Of a stretch of 64,000 nt of DNA, positions 10,419 through 19,959 are shown in pieces. Source of the stretch: an uncultured Alphaproteobacteria bacterium (GTDB taxonomy: Bacteria > Pseudomonadota > Alphaproteobacteria > Rhizobiales > Xanthobacteraceae); NCBI GenBank assembly GCA_963749625.1, contig CAVVNY010000011.1, positions 28,294-92,293 on the forward strand, written 5' to 3'. Positions within the stretch are counted from its first letter, which is position 1, and each line of letters opens with the position of its first letter. The translations under genes were made by a program, and so were the position numbers. The notes below the pieces were generated by a model. It had not been told where the DNA came from. It searched no databases and worked only from the letters and a program-made list of their open reading frames with translations.

Positions 10419-11807
10419 ATGGACGACGACTTATCCTGGGCGACTTCGGGCGAAATAGCGAAGGCGGTTGGTTCGGGGCAGGCGAGCGCGCTAGGCGTGA
10501 CCGACGCCGCGCTGGCGCGCATTGCCAGTCTTAATCCCACGCTCAACGCCTTCACCGCCGTCACCGCCGACCGCGCCCGAACCAAGGCGCGCGCCATCGA
10601 TGCCGCTCCCGACAAGTCGAGACTGCCGCTCGCCGGCGTGCCTTTCGCGGTCAAGAACCTGTTCGACATTGAGGGTCTGCCGACGGTCGCCGGCTCCAAG
10701 ATCAACCGCTCTCGGCCAAAGGCAGAGCGCGACTCGCCCCTGATCGTACGGCTGGAGGCGGCCGGCGCCGTGCTGGTCGGCGCGCTCAACATGGGCGAAT
10801 ACGCCTACGACTTCACCGGCGAGAACGTGCACGACGGCCCCTCGCGCAATCCGCACGACTTAAGCCGCATGACCGGCGGCTCGTCCGGCGGTTCGGGCGG
10901 CGCGGTGGCCGGCGGCCTGGTGCCGCTGGCGCTCGGCTCCGACACCAACGGTTCCATTAGGGTGCCGTCGTCGCTGTGCGGGATTTTCGGTTTGAAGCCG
11001 ACCTATGGCCGGCTCACGCGTACGCGCTCGTTTCCATTCGTCGCCAGTCTCGACCATCTCGGGCCCTTCGCGCGTTCGGCGCGCGACCTCGCGCTGTCCT
11101 ACGATGTTATGCAGGGCTTCGACGCCGAGGATGCCGCCTGCGTCGACCGGCCGGTCGAGCCGGCGACGCCGCAGCTAGAGCAGGGGCTCAAGGGCCTGCG
11201 CATCGCAGTGGCCGGCGGCTATTTCAAGAAGGGCGCATTTCCCGAGGCGCTCGACGCGCTTGCCCGCGTTGCCAAGGCGGCCGGCGCGCGCGAGGAAGTC
11301 GAAATCCCGGAAGCGGCCCGCGCGCGCGCCGCAGCTTACGTTATCACCGCCACCGAAGGCGCCGCGCTGCATCTCGACCGCTTGCGAACTCAGGCGGGCG
11401 ATTTCGATCCCGCCGTGCGCGACCGCCTGCTCGCCGGCGCCATGGTGCCGTCAACTCTGGTTGTGAAGGCGCAGATTTTCCGCCGCTGGTATCGCGAGCG
11501 CGTGCTCGAATTGTTCAAGACCTGCGACGCAATTTTGGCGCCGGCCACACCCTGCACCGCGCCGAAGATCGGCCAGCAGACCTTCGTCATCGACGGCGTC
11601 GAATTGCCGGTGCGCCCCAATGTCGGCATCTACACCCAGCCGATCTCCTTCATCGGCCTGCCGGTGGTGGCGGTGCCGGTTCCGCTTACGCCGCTGCCGA
11701 TCGCGGTGCAGATCATCGCCGCGCCCTGGCGTGAGGATATCGCCTTGCGCATCGCGCATGCGCTGGAGCAGACGGGCGTGGCCGCTGCGCCCAAACCGAA
11801 CCTTTAG
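10419..11807 (+). CDS. AtzE-family amidase (amidase signature)
   Basis: VKNLFD, GGSSGGS, GSDTNGSIR, TGENVHDG. Confidence 0.9.
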   Translation: MDDDLSWATSGEIAKAVGSGQASALGVTDAALARIASLNPTLNAFTAVTADRARTKARAIDAAPDKSRLPLAGVPFAVKNLFDIEGLPTVAGSKINRSRPKAERDSPLIVRLEAAGAVLVGALNMGEYAYDFTGENVHDGPSRNPHDLSRMTGGSSGGSGGAVAGGLVPLALGSDTNGSIRVPSSLCGIFGLKPTYGRLTRTRSFPFVASLDHLGPFARSARDLALSYDVMQGFDAEDAACVDRPVEPATPQLEQGLKGLRIAVAGGYFKKGAFPEALDALARVAKAAGAREEVEIPEAARARAAAYVITATEGAALHLDRLRTQAGDFDPAVRDRLLAGAMVPSTLVVKAQIFRRWYRERVLELFKTCDAILAPATPCTAPKIGQQTFVIDGVELPVRPNVGIYTQPISFIGLPVVAVPVPLTPLPIAVQIIAAPWREDIALRIAHALEQTGVAAAPKPNL

Positions 11808-11818
11808 GGAGAGTTCAA

Positions 11819-12208
11819 ATGGAGATCGACCTGCCGGAGGTCGTGGCCGAGGTGCGGGAATGCTTCGAGCGCTATGAACAGGCGCTGGTGTCGAACGACG
11901 TCGCCGCGCTGAACGAATTTTTCCGCGACGATCCACGCACTATCCGCTACGGCACCGGCGAAATCCTTTACGGCTCTGACGAGATCATGGCGTTCCGCGC
12001 CGCACGCTCGCCGGTGGCGCTCGGCCGCACGCTGGCGCGCACGGTAATCACCACGTTCGGCCGCGACTTCGCGGTGGCCTCGACGCTGTACGAGCGCCCC
12101 TCGGCGCCCGGCAAGACCGGCCGGCAGATGCAGACCTGGGTGAAATTCCCGGAAGGCTGGCGCGTAGTGGCCGCGCACGTCAGCCTGATCGATAAGCCAG
12201 GCGCGTGA
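11819..12208 (+). CDS. AtzH/HpxZ-like protein (DUF3225)
   Basis: YEQALVSND, GRQMQTW, WRVVAAHVS. Confidence 0.88.
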   Translation: MEIDLPEVVAEVRECFERYEQALVSNDVAALNEFFRDDPRTIRYGTGEILYGSDEIMAFRAARSPVALGRTLARTVITTFGRDFAVASTLYERPSAPGKTGRQMQTWVKFPEGWRVVAAHVSLIDKPGA

Positions 12209-12249
12209 TCCCGAAAAGTGGGAACCGGTTTTCGAATAAGATCACGCGC
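12201..12249. repeat. Palindromic dispersed element, copy 1
   Basis: GCGCGTGATC-CCGAAAAGTGGGAACCGGTTTTCG-AATAA-GATCACGCGC; similar copies at 19091 and 21625. Confidence 0.85.
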
Positions 12250-12261
12250 AAACGAAAAAAG

Positions 12262-12675
12262 CTAAAGCGCCGCGACCGCCGACACCTCGATCAGGAACTG
12301 CTCCTGCACCAGGCGGTCGATCATCAACAAAGTGTTGGGCGGATAGGCGCCGTTCGTAAACATTTTGGGAAACTCGCGCAGCCGCCAGGCCATGAATTTC
12401 GGGATGTCCTGCGAGTGCACCATGTAGGTGGTGAACTCGACGATATTGCCCCAGCCCGCGCCGACCGACTTCAGCGCCGCCTCGATATTGGCGAAGGCCT
12501 GGGTGCATTGCGCGTCGAAGCCGCCGTCGCCGGCGAGCTTGCCGTCTTTGAGAACGCCGACCTGACCCGCGATGAAGACGAATTCCGACGCCTTCACGCG
12601 GGTCAGATGCGAGTATTGCCCGAGCGGCTTGCCGAGCGCATCGGGATTGAGAATCTTGATGTCGGCCATCGTCAA
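12262..12675 (-). CDS. RidA/YjgF family protein
   Basis: YSH, FIAGQVG, PPNT, LIEVSAVA. Confidence 0.88.
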   Translation of the reverse strand: MTMADIKILNPDALGKPLGQYSHLTRVKASEFVFIAGQVGVLKDGKLAGDGGFDAQCTQAFANIEAALKSVGAGWGNIVEFTTYMVHSQDIPKFMAWRLREFPKMFTNGAYPPNTLLMIDRLVQEQFLIEVSAVAAL

Positions 12676-12721
12676 CTCCTTCTCCCGCGCGCCGCGGCAT
12701 GGCAGCTGCGGTCAGCTTTGT

Positions 12722-13696
12722 TTACTGCGATACGCCGCTTGCCTTGATCGGCGCTTCCCACTTCTTGATTTCGCTCTTCACGTACTCGCCGAGATAGGCC
12801 GGCGTCTGTTCGTTGGCCGGCACCACGGTGGCGCCGAGTTTCTGCAGACGTTCCTTCACTGCGGCCGAATTCATCGCCTTGACCGCCGCGTCGTTGAGCT
12901 TTTTGACGATGTCGGGCGGGGCACCTTTCGGCAGGAAGAGCGCGTTCCAGGTATAGGCCTCGAAGTCCTTGATGCCCTGTTCCTCGGCGGTCGGAACGTT
13001 GGGCTCGACCGGCGAGCGTTGCTTGGACATCAGGACGATCGCCTTCACCTTGTGGCTATCGATGAGCGCCTTCGCGGTGGACAGCACCTCGCAGAAGAAG
13101 TCGATGCGTCCGCTGATCAGGTCGGTCATTGCCGGTGCCGAGCCCTTGTAGGGGACGTGCGTGATATTGACGCCCATCGCCAGATCAGCGACGACGCAGC
13201 CGAGATGGGTGGCCGACCCCGGGCCTGCCGAACCGAAGGTCATCTTCGACGCATTGGCCTTCGCGTAAGCGACGAAATCTTTCAGATTGTCGGCCGGAAA
13301 GTCGGGCCGCGCGATCAACACGATCGGAACTTCGGCGACCAGCGCGACTGGCGTGAAATCGGTCACCGCGTTGTAGAGCGGATGCTTGTAGAGCGTCTGG
13401 CCTTGCGCCTGCGTGCCGACGGTGCCGAGCAGCATGGTGTAGCCGTCGGGCCTGGCGTCGGCCACTTTCTTGCCGCCGGTCATGCCGCCGGCGCCGCCGA
13501 TGTTCTCGACGATCACCGTCTGGCCGAGAATTTCACCCATGGCCTGCGCCATGATGCGGCCGAGCACGTCGGTCGGTCCGCCAGCCGCGAAGGGAATGAC
13601 CATCGTCAGCGTCCGGTCCGGAAACGCCGCCGCGCCGGCCGTTCCGGTCAGCGCCAGCAATACCGCGAGTGCGGCTCCATAAATCGCCTTTTTCAT
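12722..13696 (-). CDS. TTT substrate-binding protein (Bug/TctC)
   Basis: PFAAGGPTD, ENIGGAGG, HVPYKG. Confidence 0.93.
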   Translation of the reverse strand: MKKAIYGAALAVLLALTGTAGAAAFPDRTLTMVIPFAAGGPTDVLGRIMAQAMGEILGQTVIVENIGGAGGMTGGKKVADARPDGYTMLLGTVGTQAQGQTLYKHPLYNAVTDFTPVALVAEVPIVLIARPDFPADNLKDFVAYAKANASKMTFGSAGPGSATHLGCVVADLAMGVNITHVPYKGSAPAMTDLISGRIDFFCEVLSTAKALIDSHKVKAIVLMSKQRSPVEPNVPTAEEQGIKDFEAYTWNALFLPKGAPPDIVKKLNDAAVKAMNSAAVKERLQKLGATVVPANEQTPAYLGEYVKSEIKKWEAPIKASGVSQ

Positions 13697-13771
13697 CGCT
13701 TCCTCCACATTGCGTTGAGAGCCTTGTTGCGCTCTCTTTATTGGCGGTCAATGGCACCGCCCGAATGGCTG

Positions 13772-14968
13772 CTATCCGACTTCGACGATCTCTTCCGGAA
13801 ACTGGTGCAGCCGGTCGCCAGGGCCGTTGCCGCCGATCAGGTAGTTGTCGCACAGCCAGTTGAGATAGCCGGCGTGGATATACGTTGGGTGCACGACGAT
13901 GTTCATGTCTTTTTCAATTGCCATCGGCTCGTCATTGCGGATCAGCGGGCGTTCGACCAGGTCGTAGCCCTGGCCGTGGCAGTACAGCCGCGCCTCCATC
14001 GGCCGGCCGTTCTTGCGCATGAAGGCGTTGAAGGCGTCCCAGATGTCCTTGCAGGACGCGCCCGGCTTGAGCAGGTCGAGCGTCATCTTGCGCGAGGCCT
14101 TGCAGAATTCGAGTTCGTCCTTCATCGCCTGCGGCACTTTGGCGCCGACCACGCAAGAGCGGCCAAGTTCCGTGTACATGCCGCCGGGCCCGTTATCCTC
14201 GACCAGGAGCGCGATTTGGTCGCCGGCCTGGATCACCCGGTTTTGCAGATGCTTGTTGGCGAATTTCGATGGGCTGCCGAGCGGCATCGAGGCGCATAGA
14301 TAAATGCCGTTCTCGCTGCCGTGGCACTGGCTATAATGCTGGGCGGCGGCGGCGACCTCGGTATCGCGCATGCCGGGCTTCACGGCAGCGAAGGCCGCAC
14401 GCATGGCGCCGTCCTGCATCAGCGCCGCGCGCTTGATCAATTCCATTTCTTCCGGGCTCTTGATCACCTTGATGCGGTCGACCATGTCGGAAGCGTCGAC
14501 ATAGCGCGCCTTCGGAAACGTGTGCTTGATGAAGTCGAGCAACGCGTAAGACATCTGATAGGTGCCGACGTAGCCGATGGTGGCGTTGCGAAACGGCGCC
14601 AGCGCCTTGGCGGCGAGCTCGGGGTCGTAGTCCTTGGTGTAATGGGCCGAGGCATAGCTCGGCGTCGTGAGGATGCGTCCGACGCCGCGCCAGGTCTGGT
14701 CGCCCTGCGCGGTCGCTTCGGCGCCGCCGAACGGACCCTGACACACGACCGACATCTCGCCGTCGCGCGGAAAGATCACCGTGTTGGGATAGCCGTTGGT
14801 CGCCGGCATGTCGGTGAAATAGCGCACATAGCCGCCCATGTGATCGTTGTTGTTCTGCATGAGCAGAACATCGATCTTTTCCAGCTCCATAGCGGCGCGT
14901 ACGGCGCGCCAGCGGCGCTGCAATTCAGCGGTGGAGATCGGCGTGTTCAGGCGTTCGGACAAAGCCAT
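13772..14968 (-). CDS. M24 (creatinase/Xaa-Pro peptidase) fold protein
   Basis: IKSPEEMELIK..A, VKPGM, HGQG..ERP; metal ligands are non-canonical. Confidence 0.82.
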   Translation of the reverse strand: MALSERLNTPISTAELQRRWRAVRAAMELEKIDVLLMQNNNDHMGGYVRYFTDMPATNGYPNTVIFPRDGEMSVVCQGPFGGAEATAQGDQTWRGVGRILTTPSYASAHYTKDYDPELAAKALAPFRNATIGYVGTYQMSYALLDFIKHTFPKARYVDASDMVDRIKVIKSPEEMELIKRAALMQDGAMRAAFAAVKPGMRDTEVAAAAQHYSQCHGSENGIYLCASMPLGSPSKFANKHLQNRVIQAGDQIALLVEDNGPGGMYTELGRSCVVGAKVPQAMKDELEFCKASRKMTLDLLKPGASCKDIWDAFNAFMRKNGRPMEARLYCHGQGYDLVERPLIRNDEPMAIEKDMNIVVHPTYIHAGYLNWLCDNYLIGGNGPGDRLHQFPEEIVEVG

Positions 14969-14989
14969 GGTTCAATTTCCCCGGAAAAC

Positions 14990-15955
14990 TTACCAAGAGG
15001 CGGGTTTGCGCACGATGTTGATCATGCTCTTGAGATCGTTGGCGAGAAACTTGGCCATGTTGCCGGCGATGGTCGGCATGGCGCGGTCCTCGTAACCTTC
15101 CGAATAGCCGCCGAGATGCGAGAAGATCGTTACGTTCTTCGTCTTCCACAGCGGATTGTCGGGCGGCAGCGGCTCCTGCGAAAACACGTCGAGGCCGGCG
15201 CCGGCGATCTTACCCGACTCCAACGCCTTGATCAGCGCCGGTTCGTCGACCACGCCGCCGCGCGCGACGTTGACGACAAACGCGCTCGGCTTCATGGCGG
15301 CCAAGACCTTCTCGCCGACGATGCCGCGCGTCTCCGCCGTCAGCGGGGCCAGCACCACGAGGTGATCGAGTTCGGGGGCTAACGCCACGAGGTCGTCGCG
15401 CTTGACCATGCGGTCGAAGCTCGGCGCCGGGCGAGGGGTGCCGCTGATCCCGATAACGGTCATGCCGAGCGCCTTGCAGATCGGCGCCAGATATTCCGCG
15501 ATCAGGCCGACGCCGAGAATGCCGACGGTCTTGCCGGAAAGCAGTTGCGACGGCCAGCGCTCCCAGACGCATTTCTCCTGCGCGCGCACGGAACGCGGCA
15601 GATTGCGGGCGAGCGACAGCATGAAGGCGATGGTAGCTTCCGACACAGGCGCGCCATGAATTCCGCGGATATTGGTGACCAGCACCTCTTTGCCGAGCGA
15701 GGGCAGGTCGACGATGTTGTCGACGCCGGTGCCGAGCGCCTGGATCCATTTGAGCTTGGGCGCGTCGCGCACCACATGGTCGGCCATGGGCGGCGAGAAG
15801 CAGAGCAGAATGTCGGTGTCGGCGATGTAGGGCTCTACCAGGGTGTGGTGGCCGACCACGTTGATGGTCAACTGCGGGAACTGGTCCAGCAGCATGGCCT
15901 TGTAACGGGCCCGCATCGATTCCTGGACTTCGGTGAGGATGAGGAGATTTGCCAT
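14990..15955 (-). CDS. D-2-hydroxyacid dehydrogenase
   Basis: GVGLIA, NVARGGVVDE, GAGLDVF..EPL; catalytic H in FSHLGG. Confidence 0.92.
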   Translation of the reverse strand: MANLLILTEVQESMRARYKAMLLDQFPQLTINVVGHHTLVEPYIADTDILLCFSPPMADHVVRDAPKLKWIQALGTGVDNIVDLPSLGKEVLVTNIRGIHGAPVSEATIAFMLSLARNLPRSVRAQEKCVWERWPSQLLSGKTVGILGVGLIAEYLAPICKALGMTVIGISGTPRPAPSFDRMVKRDDLVALAPELDHLVVLAPLTAETRGIVGEKVLAAMKPSAFVVNVARGGVVDEPALIKALESGKIAGAGLDVFSQEPLPPDNPLWKTKNVTIFSHLGGYSEGYEDRAMPTIAGNMAKFLANDLKSMINIVRKPASW

Positions 15956-16062
15956 GGGGGTGGAGGTATAGTGACAAATCAGGCTTTGGGAAATAACCGG
16001 GTGCAGGTGACCCACATCGTGGGTCTGGGCTAACATTCGATGCCGAGAGGAGAGTGAGCGCT

Positions 16063-16422
16063 ATGAATTCTATGCCGATCGATCTGGCGGCCGTGGACTG
16101 GTTTTATGTCGTTATTCTTGCCGTGTTCGTGTTTTTCGCCACGCTTATCGGCAGCGTGCTGGCGTTCAACCACCGCTTCTTCGGCGCCCTGCTGTCGGCG
16201 ATCCTGTTCACGGCGGCCTTCGTGTTCTGGACCTATTACCCGCACCATTTGCCGCTGCCGACCACGCTGACCTTGCACAAGGCCGCCCCGGCCGCCGCGC
16301 CGCCGGCTCCGGCCGCGCCCGCCGCCCCGGTACGGCCGCGCAACCCCGTCACCGATATTACGCCGCCGGCTACCGCCCCAGCGGCGCCCGCCGCGCCGGC
16401 AACGCCGCCGCCCGCGCACTAG
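16063..16422 (+). CDS. Small membrane protein with a Pro/Ala-rich C-terminal tail
   Basis: AGGAG RBS, two hydrophobic helices, low-complexity PA tail. Confidence 0.75.
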   Translation: MNSMPIDLAAVDWFYVVILAVFVFFATLIGSVLAFNHRFFGALLSAILFTAAFVFWTYYPHHLPLPTTLTLHKAAPAAAPPAPAAPAAPVRPRNPVTDITPPATAPAAPAAPATPPPAH

Positions 16423-16500
16423 GCTTGCAACCGACCGTCTTATTGATGTTCTCTCACGTTCGAGTAGGTTCATGATTGTCCGGGAGAGTGGTGGAGTCGC

Positions 16501-17229
16501 ATGAAGAAGGTCTATCCCGACGCTAAAGCTGCGCTGGCCGGTCTGCTCAAAGACGGCATGTTGATCCACGCAGGCGGTTTCGGCCTCTGCGGTATCCCCG
16601 AAACGCTCATCCTCGCGATCCGCGATTCCGGTGTGAAAAATCTGACGGTGGTGTCGAACAATGCCGGCGTCGATGGCGCCGGTCTCGGCCTGCTGCTGGA
16701 GACCAAGCAGATCAAGAAGATGATCTCGTCCTATGTGGGCGAGAACAAATTGTTCGCCCAGCAATATCTCGGCGGCGAATTGGAAATCGAATTCAATCCG
16801 CAGGGCACGCTGGCCGAGCGTATTCGCGCCGGCGGCGCCGGCATCCCGGCCTTCTTCACCCGCACCGGCGCCGGCACCGACATCGCCAAGGGCAAGGAAG
16901 AGCGCGAGTTCGACGGCGAGAAATACATCATGGAGCGCGGCATCGTTGCCGATCTCGCCATCGTCCATGCTTGGATGGGCGATACCGAAGGCAACCTCGT
17001 GTACCGCAAGACCGCGCGCAACTTCAATCCGATGATGGCGACCGCCGGTAAGGTCACCGTCGCCGAGGTCGAGCACCTGGTCCAGCCGGGCGACTTCAAT
17101 CCCGATCACATCATTACGCCGGGCGTTTACGTCAAACGCATCGTTCACGTCCCGAACGCGACCAAGCACATCGAGCAGCGCACCGTGCGCAAGCGTGTCG
17201 CGCCGGCCGGAACCGGAGAGGAGGTCTAA
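16501..17229 (+). CDS. scoA: 3-oxoacid CoA-transferase subunit A
   Basis: [34 protein letters not shown]. Confidence 0.93.
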   Translation: MKKVYPDAKAALAGLLKDGMLIHAGGFGLCGIPETLILAIRDSGVKNLTVVSNNAGVDGAGLGLLLETKQIKKMISSYVGENKLFAQQYLGGELEIEFNPQGTLAERIRAGGAGIPAFFTRTGAGTDIAKGKEEREFDGEKYIMERGIVADLAIVHAWMGDTEGNLVYRKTARNFNPMMATAGKVTVAEVEHLVQPGDFNPDHIITPGVYVKRIVHVPNATKHIEQRTVRKRVAPAGTGEEV

Positions 17230-17230
17230 A

Positions 17231-17896
17231 ATGGCTTGGACCCGCGAGCAAATGGCCGAACGCGCCGCTAAAGAGCTGCGCGACGGCTTCTACGTCAATC
17301 TCGGCATCGGCATCCCGACGTTGGTGTCGAATTACATCCCGGACGGCATGACCGTGCAACTGCAAAGCGAGAATGGCATGCTCGGCTTCGGCCCGTTTCC
17401 CTATGAGGGCGACGAAGATCCTGATCTGATCAACGCCGGCAAGCAGACCGTCACCGAACTGCCGACCACCAGCTTTTTCTCCTCCGCCGATTCATTCGCC
17501 ATGATCCGCGGCGGTCACATCGACATTGCGCTGCTCGGCGCCATGCAGGTGGCCGAAAACGGCGATCTTGCCAACTGGATGATCCCCGGCAAGATGGTCA
17601 AGGGCATGGGCGGCGCCATGGATCTGGTCGCCGGCGTCAAGAAGGTGGTGGTGATCATGGAGCACACCGCCAAGGCCAAGGATGGCAGCGTCGATCCGAA
17701 GTTGCTGCACAAGTGCAACCTGCCGCTCACCGGCGCCGGCGTGGTCGATATGGTGATCACCGATCTCGGCGTATTCGACATCGACCGCAAGGCCGGCGGC
17801 ATGACGCTGATCGAGCTTGCCCCCGGCGTGACGGTGGATGAGATCACGCAGAAGACGCAGGCGAGCTTCAAGGTCGATCCGAAGCTGAAGCATTAG
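17231..17896 (+). CDS. scoB: 3-oxoacid CoA-transferase subunit B
   Basis: [26 protein letters not shown]. Confidence 0.93.
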   Translation: MAWTREQMAERAAKELRDGFYVNLGIGIPTLVSNYIPDGMTVQLQSENGMLGFGPFPYEGDEDPDLINAGKQTVTELPTTSFFSSADSFAMIRGGHIDIALLGAMQVAENGDLANWMIPGKMVKGMGGAMDLVAGVKKVVVIMEHTAKAKDGSVDPKLLHKCNLPLTGAGVVDMVITDLGVFDIDRKAGGMTLIELAPGVTVDEITQKTQASFKVDPKLKH

Positions 17897-17904
17897 CCGT
17901 TATC

Positions 17905-17933
17905 GTCATGGCCGGGCTTGCCCCGGCCATGAC
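17905..17933. repeat. REP-like palindrome
   Basis: GTCATGGCCGGG-CTTGC-CCCGGCCATGAC perfect 12-bp stem just after scoB. Confidence 0.8.
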
Positions 17934-17989
17934 AAATAAATGCCGCGCCCCGCGACCTCATTCACGCAACCTACGGATCGGCGCCGTGC

Positions 17990-18208
17990 ATGAATGAAAT
18001 CGAAACATTGAACGCCCGCATCGACACGCTGGAAACGCGCGTCGCGCACCAGGACCGCATGTTGGAGGATCTCAATGCCACGATCACGGCGCAGTGGAAG
18101 GAGATCGAGAACCTGACCCGCCAGATCGCCCGGCTCGGCGATCAGTTGCAGGAGGTGCGCGATAGCGCGGCGGTTGAGGGACCGGAACCGCCGCCGCCGC
18201 ATTACTGA
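17990..18208 (+). CDS. slyX: SlyX family protein
   Basis: LETRVAHQD..LEDLN coiled coil; C-terminal PPPHY. Confidence 0.88.
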   Translation: MNEIETLNARIDTLETRVAHQDRMLEDLNATITAQWKEIENLTRQIARLGDQLQEVRDSAAVEGPEPPPPHY

Positions 18209-18308
18209 TCCGCCCGGAATGATGCCCGGCCGTCCAGGCCTCACCCATTTTAATTTTCGGCCAGAAACGCTACAGCATCGGGGTAACAAATGGGGGAGGA
18301 GTGACCCG

Positions 18309-19091
18309 ATGCTTTCCGAGGCTGACCGCAACAAGGCCGCGGATATCCTGATCGCCGCGCAAAAGGAGCGCAAACAGGCGATCCAGTTACACGTCACCTT
18401 TCCCTCGATCACCATCGAGGACAGCTACGCGATCTCCACCATCGTAGCGGAGCGCAAGATCGCCGCAGGCGCCAAGCTGATCGGCCACAAAGTCGGTCTG
18501 ACCTCGAAGGCGATGCAGCGTTCTTCGATGATCGACGAGCCGGATTACGGCTACATCCTCGACGACCAGATGATCGCCGATGGCGCCAAGGTGAACCACG
18601 CCGATTTCTGCAAGCCGCGGGTCGAGGTCGAACTCGCTTTCATCATGGGAAAGCGCCTGCAGGGTCCCGGCGTCGGCCTGACCGACGTGCTGCGCGCCAC
18701 CGAATATGTCGTGCCGGCGATCGAGATCGTCGACGCCCGCATCCAGGATCAGCGCAAGATCGTCGACACGGTTGCCGACAACGGCGCCGCTGCCGGCATC
18801 GCGCTCGGCGGTCGGCCGGTCGGGCCGATGGATGTGGACCTACGCTGGGTCGGCGGCATCATGTACCGCAATGCCGAGATCGAGGAGACGGGGCTGGCCG
18901 CCGGCGTGCTCGGCCATCCCGCGCTCGGCGTCGCCTGGCTCGCCAACAAGATCGGCCCGCACGGCCATGCGCTCGAGCCCGGCCATATCGTGCTCGCCGG
19001 TTCCTTCACCCGCGTCGTGTTCGCGCAAAAGGGCGATACGCTGCACGCCGATTTCGGTACGCTCGGCGGCATCGCCATTCAGTTCGTTTAG
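18309..19091 (+). CDS. hpaH: 2-oxo-hept-4-ene-1,7-dioate hydratase
   Basis: [40 protein letters not shown]. Confidence 0.88.
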   Translation: MLSEADRNKAADILIAAQKERKQAIQLHVTFPSITIEDSYAISTIVAERKIAAGAKLIGHKVGLTSKAMQRSSMIDEPDYGYILDDQMIADGAKVNHADFCKPRVEVELAFIMGKRLQGPGVGLTDVLRATEYVVPAIEIVDARIQDQRKIVDTVADNGAAAGIALGGRPVGPMDVDLRWVGGIMYRNAEIEETGLAAGVLGHPALGVAWLANKIGPHGHALEPGHIVLAGSFTRVVFAQKGDTLHADFGTLGGIAIQFV

Positions 19092-19164
19092 CGCATGATC
19101 CCGAAAAGCTTGTCCTCGGACTTGATCCGTGGATGGGAACCGGTTTTCGGATAAGATCATGCGC
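19091..19164. repeat. Palindromic dispersed element, copy 2, with a nested 25-bp hairpin
   Basis: Same arms as copy 1 with CTTGTCCTCGGACTTGATCCGTGGA inserted at 19109-19133. Confidence 0.85.
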
Positions 19165-19181
19165 AAAGAAAGGTAACCGTC

Positions 19182-19952
19182 ATGCCGGAAATGCCACGCA
19201 ACGCCTTCAAGCACGCGCTCGCCGCTGGAAAATTGCAGATCGGCCTGTGGTCGAGTCTGTGCAGCAATATCGCCGCCGAGATCATCGGCAACTCGGGCTT
19301 CGACTGGATCCTGCTCGACACCGAACATTCGCCCAACGAAATTCCCGGCCTGGTCACGCAATTGCAGGCGATCCAGGCCGGCACGGCGTCGCCGATCATC
19401 CGCCCGGCGTGGAACGACGCGGTGCTGGCGAAGCGCTGCCTCGATATCGGCGCACAGTCGCTTCTGTTTCCCTACGTGCAGAATCCCGAGGAAGCGAAAC
19501 GCGCCGTCGCCTCCACGCGCTATCCGCCGCACGGCATCCGCGGCGTGTCGGTGGCGGCGCGCGCCAGCCGCTATGGCCGCGTGCCGGGCTACCTGACCAA
19601 GTCCAACGCCGAGATCTGCGTGCTGGTGCAGGTGGAGACCGCGCCCGCGCTCGCCCAGCTCGAGGCCATCGCCAGCGTCGAGGGCATCGATGGCGTGTTC
19701 ATTGGGCCGTCCGATCTTGCCGCTTCGCTCGGCCATCTCGGCAATCCGCAACATGCCGAGGTGCAGGCGGCCATGCAGGACGCGGTCAAGCGGTTGAAGA
19801 AGCTCGGCAAACCCGCCGGCATCCTTACCGGCAACGAAGAGGAGGCCCGCCGCTATATCGAGTGGGGCTATCTGTTCGTGGCGGTCGGCGCCGATGTCGG
19901 CCTGCTGGCCAAGAGCGCCGATACGCTGGCCAAGAAGTTCAAGGCCGGCTAG
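19182..19952 (+). CDS. hpaI: HpcH/HpaI class II aldolase
   Basis: DTEHSPN, KRCLDIGA, QVET, FIGPSDL. Confidence 0.88.
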   Translation: MPEMPRNAFKHALAAGKLQIGLWSSLCSNIAAEIIGNSGFDWILLDTEHSPNEIPGLVTQLQAIQAGTASPIIRPAWNDAVLAKRCLDIGAQSLLFPYVQNPEEAKRAVASTRYPPHGIRGVSVAARASRYGRVPGYLTKSNAEICVLVQVETAPALAQLEAIASVEGIDGVFIGPSDLAASLGHLGNPQHAEVQAAMQDAVKRLKKLGKPAGILTGNEEEARRYIEWGYLFVAVGADVGLLAKSADTLAKKFKAG

Positions 19953-19959
19953 GCGGCGT

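Noticed and set aside
12572-14299. 575-aa plus-strand ORF
   Set aside because: Antisense to the Bug and M24 genes; a typical high-GC shadow.
16290-16420. GC-rich tandem repeat
   Set aside because: Only the Pro/Ala low-complexity coding tail; no exact repeat unit.
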